Source of the DNA: Pelomyxa schiedti
Taxonomy: Eukaryota; Protista; Evosea
NCBI GenBank assembly: GCA_020536535.1
Contig: JAHLWZ010000193.1
Location: 1 to 64,000, forward strand
Length of the DNA: 64,000 nucleotides
Direction of reading: 5' to 3'
A model generated the notes under the pieces. It was not told the DNA's origin, ran no database searches, and saw nothing but the letters and a program-made list of their open reading frames with translations. The position numbers and the translations under genes were made by a program. Position 1 is the stretch's first letter. Every line of letters starts with the position of its first letter. Below, in pieces: positions 49,985-60,102 of the stretch.

Positions 49985-52224
49985 ATGTCCCGTAGCCCCT
50001 CACCGTTGCCGCTTCGGCCGACGCCGAAGCACTTCGGGGGAGCAGTGATTCCCCCGCCGCTTCCAACACCCACTCCCCCAGCGACCTCGCCCAGTCCCTC
50101 GCCGCCCTTGCCCCACGTCTTCCCGGTGGCGAGGAGCTCGCTGTACAGTGTTGTCCCGGTCGTGCACCTCACCTCGCCCCCTACTCCCCCCCACCACCAT
50201 CACCAACAGGAAACAACCCCGCCGCCGCCGCCGCTGCAGCAGCAACTGCCCAGGTACGTACCCGCCACCGGAGGGGGCTACTACCCAGCGAGCCTGGCGC
50301 CCCCGCCCATGCCCTCCCCGGCCCTGTTCGCCACGCCCCCGCCTACGCCCTTCTCGTCGCCGCCCGTGTCCCAGCCCACGGGGGACTCGTCGCCCTCGCC
50401 TTCACCTTCGGCGTCGCCCTTCGAGTCTCCGTCGCCCTCGCCGCTGCTCCCCGGTGCCGGCGTCGGGGTGCCATCGTTGTTTTCCGACACAGCGTCGCCC
50501 CCGCCCCGCCTCTCCCGCGAGGAGTCGCCGCCCGAGCTGGCCGATTCTGGCTCGGCCTTGTCGCCCTTGCAGGATGACGCCATCGGCGAAACAAAGGTGC
50601 AACCGAATTATGATGGAGGGCATGGTGGAACAACCAATTGTGAGTCCAGTCCCAGAACGAATGTTGCTTGTGCACCTCCTCAAGTCCCAGTTGTGAGGAA
50701 TACTTCACCAGAAGGTTGAAGTTTTCGTGCCTGGTTTGGCACCAGTATTAAACGTTGTGTGCTCACCATTAGTTTTTCAGATGCCACTACTCTGTGGGCA
50801 AGGGAACTCATTTCATCCCAACAGCAACTTTATACACTCGCCAACGAGATTGGCAGAGGTGCCTATGGCATTGTTTTGTGTGCAATCCAAACTTTCCGTT
50901 GTAGAGTGCTTAACAATTCGTGCATTTCAGTTCCGGGGTGTGTCTAAGGACTGGAGCAGCAGTTGCCATTAAGCTTATAGAAGGATGCTGTGAGAATGAA
51001 AACGAATCTCGGAGATATATTCGAGAAATTAAAATCATGAAGTATTTTGCACAATCCAGTCACGTAAGACCTGCTTTATCAAGCCAATAATAATGTGTTC
51101 TCAGGTCCTTGGTCTGATTGACATTTTTCCTCTGAGTGAAGGAGGACAAAAATTTGCTCATATGTAGTTTGACTTTTTCCTTTGATTTTTTCAAATTCTG
51201 TGTACAGAGGAATCGTATCAGAGCTCATGGACTGTGACCTGCGAGCATTAATTTATGAAAGGGGGCCTATCTCGCCTGAGCAATGTTGTATTTTAATGTA
51301 TGGGATTCTGTGCGGGGCCCACGAGATTCATTCAGCTTGTATTGTACACAGAGATTTGAGGTTGGCTTCCCTTTTCTTTTGTGAAATTGATATTCACTTT
51401 TCAGACCAAAAAACATTCTGGTTAAAGGCAATCATGTGAAAATTTGTGATTTTGGACTTTCCCGGGGTCAGTCACATCGCATGAGTTTGCTGGCAAACCT
51501 TTCTCATCAGTGGTACACTGCTCCAGAAGGTTAGTTTACTTTCCTAAACGTTCTAAGACATTACAAAATAAATCTCCACAAGGTCTTTTCAATAACAACT
51601 GGTTATATTCCCATAGTATGCACAGTCCTTAATACTTGCGCAGTTATACAACCGCTGTTGATGTGTGGAGCTTGGGTTGCATATTTGCAGAAATGCTAAC
51701 TCAACAGATTTTATTTAAGGGAGAATCTCGAGGCAACTCCCCTCACTTTTTCTATTCGCGGCTCATCTCTTATAGTGGTGCGGCAGGCTGAGAAGATTTT
51801 TCAAATTCTGGGGACACCTAGTGAGGAGATAATAAATAAAATATGTGGCAAGCATTCTCGGGTAAGTCTGAAACACTGATGTTCTTATCCAGTTAACCAG
51901 TTTACAGTGGCTCCCACAGCTTCAAGTTCTTCCTTTTTACCCGGCTACTCCACTGGAGAGTTGCTTTCCAAATGTTCCTTCAGAAGGTATAATCACTCTT
52001 CTTGCAGAATAAACTAACTTGCCATATGGTACTGGATAGCCATCAATCTTCTCCGAATGATGCTTGCTATCAATCCAGCTGAGAGAATAACTACAACAGT
52101 AGCCCTAGCTCATCCATACTTTTCCAAACTTGTGAAACTTCCCAGTGATGAAAAACCTCTTGTGTGTACAGTATCAACCACAACCCAAATCAAACTAAAT
52201 TCTCCAGAAACCAGCACCTGTTGA
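49985..52224 (+). CDS. CMGC-group MAPK-like Ser/Thr kinase with a ~240-aa Pro-rich N-terminal extension. ≥8 exons; the first exon 49985..50714 splices in frame to 50781.
   Basis: Kinase motifs across exons: IGRGAYGIV | AVAIKLIEG…REIKIMKYF | [15 protein letters not shown]…[11 protein letters not shown]|[21 protein letters not shown]…WYTAPE | [19 protein letters not shown] | [13 protein letters not shown] | ALAHPYF. The phase-1 donor GAAG|gt at 50714 and acceptor cag|AT at 50781 give …[14 protein letters not shown]. Confidence 0.75.
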
Positions 52225-52782
52225 TGTTCCTGGCGTGGCCACTTCCCCCCAAATTCTAAAAGGTAAATACTCCTGTATGGCTCTTGGTTTGAGCCCAAGA
52301 TATTTTTTAATCATAGAACTTCACAAAGTAACTTTTTCCCTTACCAGAGATGCTGTATCAGGAGTGTATAACAACGGCAGCAGTAAGTACAGCGGCATTC
52401 AGAAGTATGACGTCAGCATCCTGTTGGTCATCACTGAGCCTCAGCCACTCCTGACACCACAGGGTAGATAAGGTTGTGTTAGTAATTTTTGTCTTTTTGT
52501 AGAAAACACCGACACACCTATGTAATCCAAATTTAAAACATTTTCATTGGAAAAGAACAGACAGGATTTTCCTGTCGGGAAGCGACCGCATCTAAACAAA
52601 AAATCTATTTTTTTTTCCCTTTTGATTTTTCGTGCAACAACAGCATTATTAGAAAGAAACAAAACAAAACCACACGAGCTCAATAACTCTCGGGTGCTAC
52701 GCGCGCCAACCACCACACAACCGGCACCTACTGTATATTAATACGTCGCCACCCACCCATACTACAAAAATAAACCCCAAGC

Positions 52783-55700
52783 ATGCACACGCTTTTCAAA
52801 AAAAAGAGTAGCAGCAGCCAAAACAGCCCGACGTCAGCAGCGAATGGTGCTAGTTCCTCGTCGTCGCACCACTCGATGTCCTCGTCGGCCAACTCCATCA
52901 ACATCGCCAGCGTGTCGGCGTCCACCTCGTCGTCGTCGTCAGGCACGCTCTCCGCCTCGGCCCTTAACGCCACTTCGTCCCCGGCACCCCCCACTTCCCC
53001 AACCATTGTCTCGTCCTCGGGCATCACTATCCCAAAGCTCCAGCTCCCCGCCTCTTCGCCCTCAGCCCCAATCCCAATCTCCTCCTCCTCGTCCTCCAGC
53101 AACCCTGCGACTTCCTCGTCGATCTCGACGCCGTCGCAGGCCGCGCACCCCAGCAAGTTCCTCAAGCTGCCCCACTCGCACTCCAACAGCAACAGCGGCA
53201 GCACCAGTGTGCCGGCGGCCACGTCGCAGCCCAACTCCCCGACGCTGCCCCCCGCGGCCTCCTCGTCGTCGTCGCCGGGCGGCGGTGGCAGCAACACACC
53301 CCAGTCCGGATCGCCGTCGCGCCCGCGCAAGGGCCACCACCAGGGCAAGACATACTCGATGGCCGGGGCCGACGGCGTGCCGCAGCAGGTCACGATGCCC
53401 AACACGGCGCGCGGCTACCACCGGGGGGAGGAGGAGGCCTGGGGGAGCTACGACCAGCAGTCGCAGTCGCCGTCGCCGTCGCCGAGCCCCCCACTGGATA
53501 TGCCCAGCCCCCGGCGGGGCCCGTCCAGCACCACGCCGCCTACGTCGAAGAGCCCCAGGGACCGGGAGCGAGACAGGGCGAGGAGCCCGCACAGGCACAA
53601 GGGGCCTCCTGCGCCGACCGAGCCGATGGTGGTTCTCACACACTCCACGGGGTGCCTGCCAATGTCCGACAAGGAGGGCAGGATGTCCATGTCGTCTTCT
53701 GGCAGTTCGAATGTGGACGCTGGGATGCTGTCGGCTAGCATGGGCACTGGTGTCATGGAGAGGCCAATGAAGCACAACTCACACCATCACCATCACCGCC
53801 ACCACACAACAACCAGGCACGGCAGTGCCAATGTTGGGGAAGACAGCGGCAGTGGCAACAGCACCCACCCGCGGCGGCGCTCTTCTTCTTCTGTTGTTCC
53901 TCCGTGTCTGTCGCCGTCCATGTTTGTTGGTGCGGATAGACCTGGTCAAAACCAGTCTCTACTCCCGCCTTCCTTAGCTCTCGCTTCAGCTTCGTCACAT
54001 GACAGACACAGTGGATCCAAGAGTATGAGATCAAAAACTGGAAGCAGCAGAAGAGTGAGTGTAGGACGGGAAATGGGAGAAGATACTGACTCTGGAGCTG
54101 ATATTGAGATTGGTGACCCTGAACAAACCATTTCCTTCCTGGACAAACTTGGTGGGAATTAGCTTCATTTATTTACTCTTTGTTCACACCCAGTAGGAGA
54201 AGGTAACTTTGGTTCCGTTTGGAAGGCACAACATGTCTCCGGAAAGATACTTGCTGTCAAGAAGGTATTGCACCACCATCCAATCACAGTAACCAGTCCA
54301 CAGGTTCCTCGAGATGAAGCTCTTGAAATTACCAAGGAAGTCGATTTCATGAAAGACCTCAGAAAGAGTTCTTACCTTGTAAGGTGAGATTACTTTTTCT
54401 CCATCTTCTTCTAGACGTAAAAACAGGTACTATGCGAGCTGTAATGTGAAGACAGAACTGTGGATTGTGATGGGTATAACATATATTTTTCACTCGTTCT
54501 TGTGGTTAATGCCTCATTCTAGAGTATTGTGCTGCTGGCAGCTTACGAGGAATGATGAAAATTTGTGGGGTACCCTTCCTTTTTTTGGTTTTTTAATTCA
54601 ACGTCACTTAGCGAAACCTGTCTGAAAACGAGATTGCTGTTGCTACATGTCATATGCTGAGGGGTTTACATTGTCTACATGCCTCAAATAAGCTACACAG
54701 AGATATAAAGGTAGTTACTTTTGTATCTATTTTACATTTTTGATTCGTGAGAGGCTGCCAACATTTTGGTTGATGGGAATGGGATTGCAAAACTTGCTGA
54801 TTTTGGTGTGAGTGGTAATGGCAAACAACATCACACCATGATTGGAACACCCTTCTGGATGGCCCCTGAGGTTTCCCCATGCTCCCTGTAGTTGCCTTAA
54901 CACGTCAAAGATTATTCAAGACCTTGGATATGATGAACATGCTGACATTTGGTCTCTGGGAATTACATGCATTGAATTGGCTGAGGTAACGAATCGTGGG
55001 TGTAAAAAATGTTCCAACCTGTGCCAAGGGAGAGCCCCCGCACTTTGACGTTAATCCTATGAGAGCAATGCTACAAATACCCAAATGGGATCCGCCAACA
55101 CTGACACACCCAGATAAGTGGTCCCCAGCGTTCAATAACTTCCTTGCTCGATGCCTCGTGAAAAATCCTCACCAAAGGTCGTACCATTTACTCCCCTCTT
55201 TGTACTCACCTTTCAATGAAGACCGCTAAGTGCTGATTTACTGATGGACCCTTTTGTGAAACCTGCAGAAAATTCATCTCTTCTTGGTGAATATTTACTT
55301 CCTCAGTAATCTATTTTGACTCCAATCAGAACTAGTACAACTACAAGAACAAATGCGCCCATTGCAGGCACCGGAGCCAACAACGCCTCAACCCTCAAAG
55401 GACCCCGGTAATCTTGCCTCTTCACATGGGTCAAACTCGTCGTCATCATCCATTCTTGGAAACAAAGGCGGCAGCGTCATGTCTACTCCAGTAGGCGACA
55501 GTGATGCCGACCTCGACATGAGGGGGCTGAGTGGAATTTGGAGCAAGTTTGTGCTAGATAACCCAGCACTGGTGGGAGGAGCAGATGCGGAAGGTGAGGG
55601 TGATGATGAGTTGGAGGTAGGTGACGAAGCGGAAGATGGAGGCACAACAACAGAGGGTCAGAATTCTGACCTACAGACACCACGCCACTCCAGCTGCCTC

Positions 55701-56069
55701 GAGTCAACCACTCCACAACACTCCTCGTTCGTATCCACGCCAGGAAGCGGCGGGGTGACACCCCTGAAGCCAACCTTTATTGACCTGCGATCCGGATTCA
55801 CATCACACCAGCCCCAGAACAACGCAGCGACTCCTGGCACGCCGTGCTCACAGTGCGAAGACCTAAAGCGTGAGAACAGTCAACTCAGAGCCGAACTGGA
55901 CAAAGTTATGAAACTCAATTCGCAGCTGACACAGAGGCTGGAAGAAGCCGAAGAAGAAGTTCTAAGCGCAAAGGCTGATGCGGATAGAATCCGTGGCGAA
56001 TTTCAGGCCTACAAGAAACTCGGCAATTCCCTCGCCTTCAACCATGAGCCCACCATCTTACGATTGTAA
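52783..56069 (+). CDS. Hippo/MST-type STE20 Ser/Thr kinase with a ~455-aa Ser/Pro/His-rich N-terminal extension and a C-terminal SARAH-like coiled coil. Multi-exon; first exon 52783..54151 splices in frame to 54194.
   Basis: [24 protein letters not shown] | …LHRDIK|[21 protein letters not shown]…[11 protein letters not shown] | [15 protein letters not shown] (recalled MST1/2: HRDIKAGNILL…[12 protein letters not shown]…[11 protein letters not shown]). C-terminal [54 protein letters not shown]. The phase-1 join …DKLG|VGEGNFG was verified. Confidence 0.8.
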
Positions 56070-56240
56070 ATTGACCTTGGTATACATGGTTAAAAACAAT
56101 AGAAAGTTTGTATTTTTGCCTGAATAAGGCAACAACGCTCCTGGGTTGTCGTCCCTCTTCCAAATCACGGGTGGACCTTTTTGCCTTGATCCACGGAAAA
56201 CAAGGCAACTGGAAAAACAAAGAAAAAGGAAGGCCAATGC

Positions 56241-57191
56241 ATGGCGCAGAACGAGGACGCCGATGATTTGGGAACTGGATGGAAGCCAGTGCACAGGGGT
56301 CCCGTCCCCGATAAGATAAGGGTCCCACCACCGAGGCCTAACGAGCCCCTCTTCGAAGACGAGCCCGCGGCACCCCCCGGTAGCCCCCTGGAGGTATCGG
56401 GGCTCCTCGGCAAGCCCACGCGCACACCCGCGCCCGCCCAGCCCCCCGCTGTGGGACCGGCCACAGACGCCCCCACGGGGCTGGTCACAGCAGAGTGGAG
56501 CGGCAGAAGCGACACTCGCTCGGACAACGGGGACACGTACTGCGGGGAGTGGGTGCAAGGGAAGCGGGACGGGTGGGGAGAGCAGCTCTCGGCCCGCACG
56601 GGCAACTGGTTCGAGGGCCTGTGGCGCGCCGACGACCAGGTGATTGGGACGAGGTGGAACTTCGACAAGGAAAGGGGCGTCGTCGGTGTGTACGAGGGCG
56701 AGAGGGGCCATGACGAGAAGAAGAGGTTCAGCCAGGGCTGGGGCGTCCTGAGGGAGCATGTTTGCACCCCAGAGGAAAAAATTGCCTGGCAGACGTGGCG
56801 GGAAAACCCCCCACCGGCAGAATTATCGCCGCCTACTGCATCGTGTGCGGAACCTCCTTACAGAGTTTCTCGGAAGGACCTGGTGACGGTGTATGAGGGA
56901 AACTGGGAGAAAGGGAAAAAGCATGGGAAGGGCACGTACACAGACCCAAAAACGGGTGATACCTATGTTGGGAATTTTGTGATGGACCATAAATGTGGCG
57001 AAGGGAGGATGATGTTCCAGGATGGTGGGACTTACATCGGCTGGTGGGACCGTGACAAGTTCCATGGGAAGGGTGTCCGTCTGTTTGCTGATGGACAGAG
57101 ACAAGGTGGACTCTGGGAGCATGGTAGGTTTTTGTACCCTGAAGCGGACACTCCAGGGCTTCCGGGCCAAGAGGTTCATATTACCTTGTGA
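56241..57191 (+). CDS. MORN-repeat protein (second one in the window) with a Pro-rich N-terminus. Modelled as single-exon; the C-terminus may continue via an intron.
   Basis: 316-aa ORF. MORN units YCGEWVQGKRDGWGEQ…, YEGERGHDEKKRFSQGWG…, YEGNWEKGKKHGKGTYTDPKTGDTYVGNF…, YIGWWDRDKFHGKGVRLFADG…. Confidence 0.7.
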   Translation: MAQNEDADDLGTGWKPVHRGPVPDKIRVPPPRPNEPLFEDEPAAPPGSPLEVSGLLGKPTRTPAPAQPPAVGPATDAPTGLVTAEWSGRSDTRSDNGDTYCGEWVQGKRDGWGEQLSARTGNWFEGLWRADDQVIGTRWNFDKERGVVGVYEGERGHDEKKRFSQGWGVLREHVCTPEEKIAWQTWRENPPPAELSPPTASCAEPPYRVSRKDLVTVYEGNWEKGKKHGKGTYTDPKTGDTYVGNFVMDHKCGEGRMMFQDGGTYIGWWDRDKFHGKGVRLFADGQRQGGLWEHGRFLYPEADTPGLPGQEVHITL

Positions 57192-57264
57192 ATTTTTTCT
57201 CCCCACTCTTTCATGATACGTCACACACCTGTTCAAGTCAAGTAATAATAAATACCTCTAGCCG

Positions 57265-57870
57265 TTGGATACAAGATCACAAGACACCACACGCTTTGAT
57301 CCCAAAAGTTTTTGTTCCCATCCCGCACCCAAAGTTGCATCTGCATTGACATCGTCACCTCCATTACCTACTACCTCCACTGCTACAGGCTCCCCACAGC
57401 CGTCGACACTGGCTCCCCTAAAAATAACACCCCCACAACACAATACACTCCCGGTAATTCCCGCAACAGAGCGGCATGCAGCCCAACTATCACTCTCACC
57501 AATATTTCAGCGGCCACCTTCAACATCGACAGAATCAATAGACAGCCTTGGCAGTGGCAGCTTTGTGTTAATGAGTCGGCCATCCTACCATTAGCCTTAT
57601 CTAACAACTAGTGCAGAGCGACTCAGTATTGTCGCTGAAAACCACGGGGAATTTTGTGTCAACCTCACTGATGCCACAATTCCAGGACTCAAGAGCACAA
57701 TACAGCAGAAGTTGAGTTTGGCTGCCAACCAAGAGATAACCAAGGTAAAATGAGAAACACTTTGGAAAACTAAGGGAATACCAGCTGGAAAAAGACACTC
57801 AAAGACATCAACGGGAGCTCCTGCAAAGTGACAAAGACATACAAAGATTGGAATCTGGAGCCCGCGTCTA
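57265..57870 (+). CDS. Hypothetical small protein. The 109-aa ORF at 57265..57594 (Pro/Thr/Ser-rich) ends in a stop at 57592; downstream coiled-coil segments (LEKDTQRHQRELLQSDKDIQRLESGARV) lie in other frames. Low confidence.
   Basis: ORF 57265..57594 ends in a stop; nearby gtaaaatgag donor and taccag acceptor (~57750-57790). No recognisable family. Confidence 0.25.
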
Positions 57871-58252
57871 TGCACAAATACATTAGTTATTCCCTCATGC
57901 GTCACCCCCATAACAACATTCTCTAATTGGCACTGAAAAAAAAAGACAACAATGTCCCTATCTTTCTAATTTCCAAATCCAATGCAGAAACGAATCACAG
58001 AAAAATGTCACTGATTCATCACCAACCTCGGAAAGATACTGTCGTGTTCCTGGGCCTTCTAACTTCCGCTCTTCTTCCTGATTGGAGGTCTTTCCTCTTG
58101 TCTGCTGTAAGTTCTGTGGGGTCCCTGTTACTCCAAAGGGCGATCTACAGACTTCAGTTGCGTTCCCCCTTCAGAAGGAAGGAAAAAAAAAACCGAAGTA
58201 GAAAACCAAACAAAAAAAATAAGGCAAAAAAACAATCAAAGGTGATAGGCAC

Positions 58253-59998
58253 AGGAAATGAAAAAGCAACAGGAGGAGAGGTTGCAGCAACAGTTGCGTG
58301 ACTTGTTGCAATTGCCCGAAAACAAAAAATGCATGGACTGCAAGATGAAGGTAAGGAACCGCTTGCTGTGCTTAATGACATCGGGACTTTTGTTTGTATC
58401 CTAATTTTACATTACATAGGGACCGGTATATGCGGTGCTAGACTTTGGTACATTCGTGTGCACCACATGCAGTGGCATACAGTTTGTTTTTTAGTCTAGG
58501 GCTGGTGATAGTTAATTGGGTGGGAGTATTGAAAGCATGGTTTGACTGTTTCTAGCCGCGAGTTTTCTCACCGTGTCAAGTCTATTTCTATGGCCACCTT
58601 TAAACCTGAGGAAGTGGAAAAAATGCGAAAAATCGGAAACGCTGTGTGTATCTCTAATCTTCCTTGGCTCTGGTAATGACAGTATTCTTTATTTCAGAAT
58701 GCTAAAAGAATATGGTTGGCGAATTGGTCGCCTTCCGATTTTCCTGAGCCTGAGGCCAGTCAAATTAGGCAAATAAGAGAATTCATGGAATTAAAAGTCC
58801 GTCTTAATCGTGCTACCCTTTCTGACTTTTAGTAGTATAAGTCAAGGAGGTGGTTCAGTGCCCAAGCTCTGGCATCCATTGAAAAAGGTGATGTGCCATC
58901 GTCGCCTTCTATACAAAAGGTTCTTCCTTTTTCCTTTCTTCTGTTATTGACTCTGTTTAGGCCCCGGAACCAGTTTCTGTGCCCCCACCAGAACCCCTCA
59001 CAACCCTTTTAGGTCCACAAATACCCCCAATAGCGGTCAATCCCGTGGAAAAGGTTAGTATCTCACACATTTCCTCCCTTGGTGACAACTTTGGTATTAC
59101 TAGACAATGTGGGTGGAATCCCCAAAAACTGCGCCGCCGCCACAGAAAACATCTGTGGACATTTTTTTCCAGGTTTTTCCTTTCTGTCTGTTACACTTTT
59201 AATATGGATTTTGATTTACAGGGGGGAAGTACAACTCAAGGAGACGACCTTATCACACAACAGAAGCAACAAGAAGAGCTTGCCCGGCAACAGGCTGAGG
59301 AGGAACAAAGGAAGCGGAATGAAATCATGCGTGCTTTCCAAACAACGCCAATGACCACTCAAACAATGTCCATAACCCCAAACCCAACAAATTCTGCCTC
59401 TGCTGTATCCGCACTTCTTTCCCCCGGCCCCACAATGTCCACCAATCCCCAAATGCAACCCGGTGTGCAATACATGATGCAGCCTGGTGGTGGCTATGTA
59501 ATGGCACAGCCAGGAGGTTATATGATGCAACCTCAGCCTGGTGTCTATATGATGCAACCCGGTGGTGGTTACATGATGCAACCCGGTGTTAACATGCAAC
59601 CTGGTGTAAACATGATGCAACCCGGTTTAAACATGCAACCCGGCGGTGGTTACATGATGCAGCCTGGAGTAAACATGATGCAACCCGGAGTAAACATGAT
59701 GTCACCCGGAGTAAACATGCAGCCTGGCGGCTATGTCATGTCCCCAAGTGTCAACCTCCAGCCAACCTTAAGTACACCAACTCCTCAACCAACTCCCACC
59801 CCCGCCAAACCAGACCGTATGCTTTCTTTCTTCCTTCCTCTTTCATTACTTAACACCTCCCAGTTTTCGCGAACCTGGTACCTAACCTCTCGTCAGCACC
59901 AGGTTTCCACTCTTTTTTCTCCATTACTTCTAACTGTGTATTAGCTGCCCGAACCACTCCGCCAGCAAAACCAGCCAGTGGAAGTGACCTCCTTTTTT
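58253..59998 (+). CDS. AGFG1: AGFG1/Hrb-type ArfGAP: N-terminal C4 zinc-finger ArfGAP domain over ~6 short exons, then a Met/Gln/Pro/Gly-rich repeat tail.
   Basis: MKKQQEERLQQQLRDLLQLPENKKCMDCKMK | GPVYAVLDFGTFVCTTCSGIH | SREFSHRVKSISMATFKPEEVEKMRKIGNA | NAKRIWLANWSPSDFPEPEASQIRQIREFMELKVRL | YKSRRWF. Recalled human AGFG1: …LPHNRKCFDCDQRGPTYVNMTVGSFVCTSCSGSLRGLNPPHRVKSISMTTFTQQEIEFLQKHGNE…KQIWLGL…KRWY. Confidence 0.8.
59440..59745 (+). repeat. Coding tandem repeat encoding reiterated MMQPGVN / MQPGGGY units (about 12 copies) in the ArfGAP tail.
   Basis: Imperfect 18-24-nt repeats of atgatgcaacc(c/t)gg(t/a)g(t/g)(t/a)aac read directly from the sequence. Translation: QPGVQYMMQPGGGYVMAQPGGYMMQPQPGVYMMQPGGGYMMQPGVNMQPGVNMMQPGLNMQPGGGYMMQPGVNMMQPGVNMMSPGVNMQPGG. 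Confidence 0.85.
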
Positions 59999-60102
59999 GA
60001 AAAACACACCACCAATAGAACATTACATGAAAACAAACCACTGTATGAAGGCTGAGGAACAATATGATGTACTTAGAACAATCAAATTCTTTATTTTACA
60101 CT

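Noticed and set aside
52728-53775. Multiple long ORFs on both strands (52728..53405 minus, 52844..53770 plus in an alternative frame, 53062..53775 minus)
   Set aside because: All overlap the GC-rich Ser/Pro-coding first exon of the Hippo/MST gene. Only the 52783 frame splices in frame to the kinase core. The others are Arg/Pro/Ala-rich frame artefacts.
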